Shown here: in pieces, positions 26,411 through 32,000 of the stretch
How the letters are laid out: every line of letters starts with the position of its first letter
Numbering within the stretch: the stretch's first letter is position 1
Source: Candidatus Caldarchaeales archaeon
GTDB lineage: Archaea > Thermoproteota > Nitrososphaeria_A > Caldarchaeales > Calditenuaceae
Direction of reading: 5' to 3'
Length of the DNA: 32,000 nt
Assembly (NCBI GenBank): GCA_032249095.1
Contig: JAVVGN010000003.1
Coordinates: forward strand, 11,543-43,542
The notes under the pieces: model-generated
Told to the model about the DNA's origin: nothing
The model's input: the letters and a program-made list of their open reading frames with translations, nothing else
Database searches by the model: none
Translations under genes and position numbers: made by a program

Positions 26411-27374
26411 TTAGCCATAAAGCTTGGTTAAACGTCGACTTTGTATGCTCGACAACTGAAGGAGCAACGGAGCAGTAATCTCCTTTTTCAAATTCCCTAA
26501 TTACCCACCGCCCGCTTTCATAGCAGAAAATGAAATCTTCTACGCTCAAATTGGGGATAGCAAGGCACAGTGAAAGGAATTTATTGTCGCCTGAAAGGAC
26601 TTTCGCCCGCTTGCGAAGCAAGGCAGCGGCTATAACCCCATGCAGCTTGCAGCTGATAACCATATCATACTGCGCCATTATCGCAAGTGTTTCCTCGACG
26701 GAGGACGGCCGCCAGATATGAGCTTTTTCGGTTACCGACTTTGTAAAAGCCCAGTCATGCTCTCCTATTCTGTCCCAGCCCAAAATGATGTAAGAAATCT
26801 CGCTATAACCCAAATTGCGGAGATTACCTTCCAATTTTCGGGTGGTTTCCTTATCCCAAGCGCCTTGTAGCCGACTACCGAGCGCAACCAGAGCCGCTTC
26901 CTTGTTCCAGTCAGTCGGCGGCGCCACTGGGTAAGCATAGCAAATATTCCAGCATTGGTGGGTCTTCTCAACCACTTCAGACCAAAAAAGGAACGGCATG
27001 ATAGTATAGTCGATAGGACTGCGTAGCCAAATACCCAAGACGCTGGGGTGAGCCAAGAACGAATTTATAGCCTCCAGACCTTCGTAAAGGTAGCCGTGAG
27101 TGAGACAGAAATCGACGCCCCAAACAATGATAGGCTTATTCATTTCAAGAAAAATTGGGTTGAAATATGAAGAGGCGACCGCAGGAATAGGAATTAGGAT
27201 GTTGCCTCCGCCGATAATGAGGGCGTCCAAATCGGTGGACGGAAACTCCCACTTGCCCTCGTGCCAAACAATAGGCACAAACTCAATTTGAGGCGCAAGC
27301 GCTCGCATGGAAGCCAACATCCATTCGTCGCCGAAATTCCCATGCCCGTAGTATCCAACTACGCCGATCTTCAA
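26373..27374 (-). CDS. polysaccharide pyruvyl transferase family protein (CsaB-like)
   Basis: N-terminal MKIGVVGYYGHGNFGDEWML and DALIIGGGNIL match the family signature. TTG start 27374 lies 9 nt after GGGAGG. The 3' end overlaps the methyltransferase gene convergently by 38 nt. Confidence 0.65.
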   Translation of the reverse strand: MKIGVVGYYGHGNFGDEWMLASMRALAPQIEFVPIVWHEGKWEFPSTDLDALIIGGGNILIPIPAVASSYFNPIFLEMNKPIIVWGVDFCLTHGYLYEGLEAINSFLAHPSVLGIWLRSPIDYTIMPFLFWSEVVEKTHQCWNICYAYPVAPPTDWNKEAALVALGSRLQGAWDKETTRKLEGNLRNLGYSEISYIILGWDRIGEHDWAFTKSVTEKAHIWRPSSVEETLAIMAQYDMVISCKLHGVIAAALLRKRAKVLSGDNKFLSLCLAIPNLSVEDFIFCYESGRWVIREFEKGDYCSVAPSVVEHTKSTFNQALWLINQRLTAAAGSS

Positions 27375-27389
27375 AGTCGGTCGCCTCCC

Positions 27390-27401
27390 GTTAAAATTTT
27401 G
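27390..27401. promoter_or_regulatory. shared palindromic AT box in a 44-nt divergent intergenic region
   Basis: GTTAAAATTTTG. Top-strand TAAAAT (27392..27397) lies 21 nt from ATG 27419. Bottom-strand CAAAAT (27401..27396) lies 21 nt from TTG 27374. A TTCAAA -35-like hexamer sits 16 nt upstream of the top-strand box. Confidence 0.45.
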
Positions 27402-27418
27402 ATTTAGGAGGGATAGAA

Positions 27419-27853
27419 ATGCGGTGGTTCATTGGATTGCACCCAAAATATTTCGGAAAAACAGAAGAATTGCTCAGTGATTTCTTGGAGAGCGGCGCGG
27501 ATATTCTCTACACCCACATTGACTTTGTGCAGACTGATGCGAGCTACCAAGCGAGGGACAAAATCCTCGTGTTCTTTATCGAAAACCCCCGCAATTCCTC
27601 TGACATTTGGAACTCGCTGCCCTCGCTTCTCGGCGAGTTGAAGTCAAAGTGGGGGGAAGTTTTCCTTACCGGCCCAACCGATAATCAAACGCAAGAAGTT
27701 GTGAGAAGCATTTTTCCACAACAAAACTTCTTCCCCCTTTGGCTTACCCTTCCATACTCCTACCGTCTCTATCAAAAAAAAAGTGGAGCCCTCTTACGGC
27801 GACTACTTAATGGCGTGGGCATACTCGCCTGCAAAAGGAAGAAAGGAACTTGA
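27419..27853 (+). CDS. hypothetical protein, upstream part of a probable frame-split gene
   Basis: ATG 27419 follows AGGAGGG. After the A9 run at 27774..27782 the frame reads a short basic tail (SGALLRRLLNGVGILACKRKKGT) that looks non-native. Confidence 0.5.
   Translation: MRWFIGLHPKYFGKTEELLSDFLESGADILYTHIDFVQTDASYQARDKILVFFIENPRNSSDIWNSLPSLLGELKSKWGEVFLTGPTDNQTQEVVRSIFPQQNFFPLWLTLPYSYRLYQKKSGALLRRLLNGVGILACKRKKGT
27774..27782 (+). repeat. A9 homopolymer at the frame junction of ORFs 27419..27853 and 27783..28409
   Basis: Counted directly as 9 consecutive A. The downstream frame is open from 27705 and has no SD before its GTG or ATG candidates. Confidence 0.9.
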
Positions 27854-28409
27854 AGCCGCCAGCGTCTTCGTCAATCTTCAAATCCATGACTACACGAAGG
27901 GCGGAAGTCCGACGGTCTGGTCAAAGAAAATGCATTTTGAAAGCCGAGGCTTAATGTGGGCATCTCGCCTTGATAGCCTGGCACGGGCATTTACCTCCGC
28001 TGCTCTCTCTCGGAAGGCTGCGATAATGCTCCAAACAAATGCCCAGCTCTTCCGCGCTTATGGCGACCCCGACGCTGAATTTTTCAGTGCTATTCTGCTC
28101 AGCGAAAACACTTGGGATTGGCTGCTGAATGCTCGGCGCGTCTTAGAGGACCTCGACTACGCAATAGAGTGGGGCTTAAGGCTTCACCGTTTCTTCGAAA
28201 AACACGAGAAGCTTTGGAAGTGGGAAATTATCTGGGAGCGGTTCAGAGACCAAACTGGGCTAAGGCTGCCGAAAGATATGACTCCTGTTCACCATTTCCC
28301 GCCCACTTTCTTCGGGGCGGACTACTTCGATAATGAAGAATACTTCCCCCAAGGTCCCTGGTCAAACGAACCTCCCTCTGTCAATTGGGAAACTGGGCTG
28401 GGGCTCTGA
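27783..28409 (+). CDS. hypothetical protein, downstream part of the probable frame-split gene
   Basis: 208-aa W/F/E-rich ORF offset by +1 from the upstream ORF. There is no recognisable ribosome-binding site. Confidence 0.5.
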   Translation: MEPSYGDYLMAWAYSPAKGRKELEAASVFVNLQIHDYTKGGSPTVWSKKMHFESRGLMWASRLDSLARAFTSAALSRKAAIMLQTNAQLFRAYGDPDAEFFSAILLSENTWDWLLNARRVLEDLDYAIEWGLRLHRFFEKHEKLWKWEIIWERFRDQTGLRLPKDMTPVHHFPPTFFGADYFDNEEYFPQGPWSNEPPSVNWETGLGL

Positions 28410-28412
28410 CCT

Positions 28413-28432
28413 GAATTTATACGTATAAATTC
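28413..28432. promoter_or_regulatory. copy 2 of the 20-bp perfect palindrome GAATTTATACGTATAAATTC
   Basis: Identical to 9306..9325. It lies 3 nt after the TGA of 27783..28409 and 6 nt from the 3' end of the convergent tRNA. Confidence 0.6.
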
Positions 28433-28438
28433 TCTTCG

Positions 28439-28514
28439 TGGCTCCGGGGGCAGGACTCGAACCTGCAACCCGCGGGTTAACAGCCCGCCGCTCTGCCTGT
28501 TGAGCTACCCCGGA
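28439..28514 (-). tRNA. tRNA-Asn (anticodon GUU), bacterial type, CCA encoded
   Basis: Folded by hand as a 76-nt cloverleaf: acceptor UCCGGGG/CCCCGGA, D arm GCUC-AACAGGCA-GAGC, anticodon arm GCGGG-CUGUUAA-CCCGC, variable loop GGGUU, T arm GCAGG-UUCGAGU-CCUGC, discriminator G73, then CCA. Confidence 0.9.
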
Positions 28515-28521
28515 GCGGCTA

Positions 28522-29304
28522 TCAGACATCAACTTTCTGAACCCACGAGTAGTATCGGTTAGCAATTTCTTCTACACGTTTCCGCCATTGCTCGATAGCC
28601 CAAGCATATTTTGCTCCTCCGGCGTAGTTTTCGGTGCGCTGACCCAAGTGCCAGCTGCTGAGCCCGCCAGCGACCGTCGAGGCGAGCGTCGCTATATCGA
28701 TTGCGGCGAGAAGCGCTACCGCTTCTTGAACGTCCACTGGTGGGTGCAATATAGGCTCTTCGTCGTCTAAGTCATACCCGAAAGTCCCGACGAATGCGAC
28801 ATTGAGCGGGCCGCTGAAGAAGCGCTTCGTAATGGTCAAATGGTGGACGGGGGTCGCTGCGACGAGCGCGGGCGACATGGTTGCGTCGGGCGAAATCAAA
28901 ATCCAGCCGATAGGGACAACCATTCGCCCCGTCAGGCGGTTAACGAACAATTGCCTTGTCGGCGACATTCCCTCGAGTGTCGGGTCTTTATCGACAAAGA
29001 CAATCTGGTCGCCCTCGAACCGCCAAGAAAGCCAGCCCGTCCCCACATAAACGACCACGGTTTCCAGACTTTTTACGGGGCGGTAAGGAAGTTTGAGCTC
29101 CCAGCCGTCAACGCCGTCGACCCTACCCTTAACATTCGTCCTCCGACCCATGGGAACCCTAATCATTGCCTCCCAATGGGCGGTCATGCGCAGTAAGACC
29201 CACCTAATTTCCTCGTCAGTAAGAGCCCTGTCGAGCTCGACGAAGCGAAGAAAATATCTGACATGCTCGACAGTAGCTAAAGGCTTTTCAACGGGCGGGA
29301 ACAT
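28522..29304 (-). CDS. virion protein with an N-terminal region resembling gp6-type head-tail adaptors (tentative)
   Basis: ATVEHVRYFL...TDEEIRWVLLRMTAHWEAMI followed by WELKLPYRPVKSLETVVVY follows the pattern of gp6-like head-tail connector proteins. ATG 29304 lies 7 nt after GGGTGA; the track start is GTG 29316. Confidence 0.45.
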   Translation of the reverse strand: MFPPVEKPLATVEHVRYFLRFVELDRALTDEEIRWVLLRMTAHWEAMIRVPMGRRTNVKGRVDGVDGWELKLPYRPVKSLETVVVYVGTGWLSWRFEGDQIVFVDKDPTLEGMSPTRQLFVNRLTGRMVVPIGWILISPDATMSPALVAATPVHHLTITKRFFSGPLNVAFVGTFGYDLDDEEPILHPPVDVQEAVALLAAIDIATLASTVAGGLSSWHLGQRTENYAGGAKYAWAIEQWRKRVEEIANRYYSWVQKVDV

Positions 29305-29497
29305 TGCGCCGCTCACCCAATTTCATTTTTACCATGAAGAACTGCAAGTCAACCGCGTCTTCGGGCATTGTCGCCATTTTCTCCAGCAAAGTTAAAACCT
29401 TTACCGCAAGGTGCGGGTGCTCAATTCCAATCCTACACAGTTTGACGAAAGCGCCTCTGTCCTGCTCAAGACATTTTTCCAGCAAAGTCTTTTTCAT
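29288..29497 (-). CDS. small hypothetical protein
   Basis: ATG 29497 (MKKTLLEK) lies 7 nt after GGTGG and 19 nt from the promoter-like box. Confidence 0.45.
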   Translation of the reverse strand: MKKTLLEKCLEQDRGAFVKLCRIGIEHPHLAVKVLTLLEKMATMPEDAVDLQFFMVKMKLGERRNVPAR

Positions 29498-29516
29498 TTC
29501 AGAACCACCCACTCAG

Positions 29517-29526
29517 ATTTTAAAAT
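29517..29526. promoter_or_regulatory. palindromic ATTTTAAAAT box shared by divergent genes
   Basis: Top-strand TAAAAT (29521..29526) lies 21 nt from ATG 29548. Bottom-strand TAAAAT (29522..29517) lies 19 nt from ATG 29497. TTCAGA sits 17 nt upstream of the top-strand box. Confidence 0.5.
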
Positions 29527-29547
29527 AAACTACGGAGGTGTCGCAGA

Positions 29548-30318
29548 ATGCGCGTTATCGTTTTGAGGAAACAGGATATAAGGGACGAATTGCCTGAAGA
29601 AGTCCAACAAAGAGTTGAGGAAGCAACTCGGACGGCGCTTATCGAGGAAATTCGGCGACGGCTCGACGAGATTGAAGCAAATCTTGAAGGTATGTCTGTC
29701 GAAGAACTTAACGCGTTATTCCGACAGTTAGGAGGCGAACAGAAGCTGCTCCGCAAAGGCGAGGTAACTATTATCCCTGAAAGTATCTTTGAAGCATTAG
29801 AGGCTTTAGTGCGGGCAATTAATGAACTTGCGTCGAAATTCCCCGCCTCCGACGAAGAGGAAGCGAAACAATTACTGGAAGTGGTGAAGGAGGCTAAGGC
29901 GAACCTGTCGGCAATTGAAGAGCAACTGAGGGAAGGAACTGTAAGGGTTGAAGAGGAAGAGGAGGACGAGGAGGAAGAAGAAGAGGAGCTGAAGAAGCAA
30001 GATGAAAGGGAAGGGCTTTACAGCCCCGAGGACATTGTTGAGCGGGAAAAAGAGAAGACCAAGTCGATTGAAGGGTTGGTGTCTAGTCTGAAGGCCGAAA
30101 TGGCTTCGTTGAAGAGAACCTTGAATGAGATCGAGGATAATATTGAGCTTCTCGCCATACCGGCTGAACGGGACGTGTTCATTGAGGAAGGGTGGTTCAA
30201 GGAGAAAGTCACAGCTATTAGGTCACATGTCCTCGAAATCGCTGAGTTGGGGATGGAACTCGCTAGGAAGCTCGCCGAACTTGGTGGTGTGGAAATTAGA
30301 GGACCTTGGAAAAGATAA
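29548..30318 (+). CDS. acidic coiled-coil hypothetical protein
   Basis: ATG 29548 lies 7 nt after GGAGGTG. Heptad-like E/K/L-rich sequence with an EEEEEDEEEEEEE run. Confidence 0.55.
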   Translation: MRVIVLRKQDIRDELPEEVQQRVEEATRTALIEEIRRRLDEIEANLEGMSVEELNALFRQLGGEQKLLRKGEVTIIPESIFEALEALVRAINELASKFPASDEEEAKQLLEVVKEAKANLSAIEEQLREGTVRVEEEEEDEEEEEEELKKQDEREGLYSPEDIVEREKEKTKSIEGLVSSLKAEMASLKRTLNEIEDNIELLAIPAERDVFIEEGWFKEKVTAIRSHVLEIAELGMELARKLAELGGVEIRGPWKR

Positions 30319-31000
30319 GCAGGCAAGTTACAAATGTCGCATAGGAAATTAAGTCCTGCAGCGACGTCTCGAACGGGCCGAGAAGGAAAGCTGGGTCTAA
30401 GCCGAGACGGTGAAAGAGGAAAGGCATTATGGTCGCCATTGTAGCTGAGGTGCACATTCCCGCCAAGAAGGAAATGACGAGGACGGGGAAAATGAGAAAT
30501 TTGCCCGTAGTGAGCCAAGCAATAAGTCCCATTGAAATCCCCACGCTGAGACCGCACATTACAACTGCCAGCCATTCCCGCCTCAGCTCGTGCCAGAGAC
30601 CCTGCCAAGTATTGGTCGCCATGGCTCGGATAACCTGAGCGCCAACCTGCAGCCCATGGTTACCCGCAACCGCAGACACCATTGGCGAGAAAATATAAAG
30701 GGCGCTATACGCCGCGATAACTTTGTCATAGAACGACAGAATGCCCGCCACGCCAAGCTCAATAAGAGCGGTCAGAAACAGCGGGACGAACCGCCGAAAA
30801 CCAATCTGCCACCACTTCATCCGCTTCACCAATTCCGCCTCCTCGCTAATCCAGAACAGTTTCTCCCGCAAATACTCGAGCTCGCGGGTAAGCTCGTCGG
30901 GGTCCAAAGAGCGACCCCGCCTCAACTTCTCCAGTAACTCCTCTACCTTCAGCGCTTCTGCTGCGACTTGGCGGCGGACTTCAAAGAGGTCTCTCGGCAT
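30296..31000 (-). CDS. mgtE: MgtE-family divalent cation channel, transmembrane domain only
   Basis: FSPMVSAVAGNHGLQVGAQVIRAM and FHRLGLDPAFLLGPFETSLQDLISYATF match the two conserved MgtE membrane-domain blocks. The cytosolic N-domain and CBS pair are absent, replaced by a ~70-aa helical N-terminus. Confidence 0.7.
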   Translation of the reverse strand: MPRDLFEVRRQVAAEALKVEELLEKLRRGRSLDPDELTRELEYLREKLFWISEEAELVKRMKWWQIGFRRFVPLFLTALIELGVAGILSFYDKVIAAYSALYIFSPMVSAVAGNHGLQVGAQVIRAMATNTWQGLWHELRREWLAVVMCGLSVGISMGLIAWLTTGKFLIFPVLVISFLAGMCTSATMATIMPFLFHRLGLDPAFLLGPFETSLQDLISYATFVTCLLIFSKVL

Positions 31001-31084
31001 ACCCTAACTTTTTCCTCCAACCGCGTTACCTTCTCTTTCAGAGCACTTAGGCGCAGCAGCAGTTGGTCAAAAGTTAAGACGCGT

Positions 31085-31309
31085 TTACTCGCATACGGGT
31101 CCATTGCCACTCTCACTCTCTTTTTCGGTAGTGTTTACCTTTTCTTCGACAAGTTGTTCCAAAATTTTGTAAAAGCGCTCGAGCAGCAACACCGTCTCAC
31201 TGGCGATCGCGAGGGTCGCCCTCATAGCCTCTTCGACTTGCCCCCGCCCGATAGCCCAAGCGAACAGAAAACCAATTGCAAATCCAGCGACGAAGACGAG
31301 CGCGAGCAT
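31085..31309 (-). CDS. small membrane-anchored hypothetical protein
   Basis: 74-aa ORF with N-terminal hydrophobic helix LALVFVAGFAIGFLFAWAI. ATG 31309 lies 18 nt from the promoter-like box. Confidence 0.45.
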   Translation of the reverse strand: MLALVFVAGFAIGFLFAWAIGRGQVEEAMRATLAIASETVLLLERFYKILEQLVEEKVNTTEKESESGNGPVCE

Positions 31310-31327
31310 TCAAACCACCAACCAGTA

Positions 31328-31337
31328 ATTTTAAAAT
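31328..31337. promoter_or_regulatory. palindromic ATTTTAAAAT box shared by divergent genes
   Basis: Top-strand TAAAAT (31332..31337) lies 17 nt from ATG 31355. Bottom-strand TAAAAT (31333..31328) lies 18 nt from ATG 31309. TTCAAA sits 17 nt upstream of the top-strand box. Confidence 0.5.
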
Positions 31338-31354
31338 TCGCACTGGTGGTTAAC

Positions 31355-32000
31355 ATGCGCCGACCTTTAACCTTCCTTCTGGCAGTTATCGTAGGGCTCG
31401 GCTTTGCGATCGAGCCGTTCAATCCCCGCTTCCTCGTGGCTATTTACCACGATATCATTTATTCCTCAGACGAGCGGTTGTTGGTAGAGGGCAAGCGGTT
31501 CGAAGGCACGGGCGCTTTTATCGCCCCCGACTTAGTTTTGACGGCGGGGCACCTCTTGCCCGTCCCCAACTGGGACGAGCCGCCCGAATGGCAGGAGGTA
31601 AAGAAGAAAAGCGTGATTAGAGTGGTCATTAAAATCGGCGAGAAATTCTACCTCACCAAGCCAATTATTGCCCCCAAAAATGCGGATATCGCAGTCCTGA
31701 AAGTTTTCAACTACCGCTCGAAAGATTTCCTACAGGTCAGCTTTGAGCAGCCCAGCGCGGGCGAAACAGTAAAAGTGATTTCTTGGCTGCCTATAAAAAC
31801 GGATACGGACGAGCCGCTCATTCAGCCTGTCTTCTGGGTATTGGTCGTCGCGAACCCGCAATTCAAGCACACGTGGGGCATATCTGAGCCTGTTGAAGAG
31901 GAAATGATAGCAGGGCGACCTGCCACTTGGGGCGGCGCCAGCGGCAGCCCCGTCTTAAAGGACAACAAAGTTATCGGTGTCGTCGTCGGTATGCTGCGGA
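31355..32000 (+). CDS. trypsin-like (chymotrypsin-fold) serine protease with N-terminal signal or anchor; 3' end is outside the window
   Basis: Translated by hand, since it is absent from the ORF track because no stop lies in the window. It has a hydrophobic N-terminus, then the triad context LVLTAGH, NADIAVLK and GGASGSPV. Confidence 0.7.
   Translation, partial: MRRPLTFLLAVIVGLGFAIEPFNPRFLVAIYHDIIYSSDERLLVEGKRFEGTGAFIAPDLVLTAGHLLPVPNWDEPPEWQEVKKKSVIRVVIKIGEKFYLTKPIIAPKNADIAVLKVFNYRSKDFLQVSFEQPSAGETVKVISWLPIKTDTDEPLIQPVFWVLVVANPQFKHTWGISEPVEEEMIAGRPATWGGASGSPVLKDNKVIGVVVGMLR

Noticed and set aside
9306-28432. The two 20-bp palindromes plus the adjacent tRNA-Asn as attL/attR of an integrated element.
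   Set aside because: Viral structural genes lie on both sides of both copies: the fibre operon to the left of 9306 and the adaptor-like gene to the right of 28432. The repeat does not duplicate the tRNA 3' end, and no integrase is present. The copies therefore do not delimit the element.

Overview
About 50% GC and almost entirely coding. This window reads as part of a tailed-virus (Caudoviricetes) genome or prophage of a bacterium. Evidence for a bacterial host: strong GGAGGTGA-type Shine-Dalgarno sites before most genes, a hairpin plus T-run intrinsic terminator, and a bacterial-type tRNA-Asn (U1-A72, G73, encoded CCA). The E/K-rich proteins may point to a thermophile, but that is only an inference. 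Recognisable parts are as follows. (1) A head module on the + strand: an HK97-type S78 prohead protease domain fused to a roughly 800-aa extension, an acidic A/E/P-rich scaffold-like protein, and an HK97-fold major capsid protein followed by a terminator. (2) A 1486-aa tape-measure-like gene on the - strand. (3) A long - strand operon ending in three tandem ~290-aa paralogues and a 924-aa fibre-like protein carrying about 27 copies of a ~20-aa Ser/Thr-rich repeat. (4) A RuvC-like resolvase, a beta-class DPPY DNA methyltransferase, a polysaccharide pyruvyl transferase, a tRNA-Asn(GUU), a transmembrane-only MgtE-like channel, and a partial trypsin-like serine protease. I could not recognise a terminase, portal, integrase, lysis cassette, CRISPR array or rRNA. 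Most proteins have no family I can name from sequence alone. Non-coding signals that stand out are a TAAAAT/ATTTTAAAAT box at a fixed 17-22 nt from operon start codons (palindromic and shared by divergent gene pairs), a perfect 20-bp palindrome present twice about 19 kb apart, an A9 run exactly at a frame switch between two ORFs, and an 87-nt island of perfect identity between two otherwise diverged paralogues. All functional calls rest on motif recognition by eye; no database search was run.
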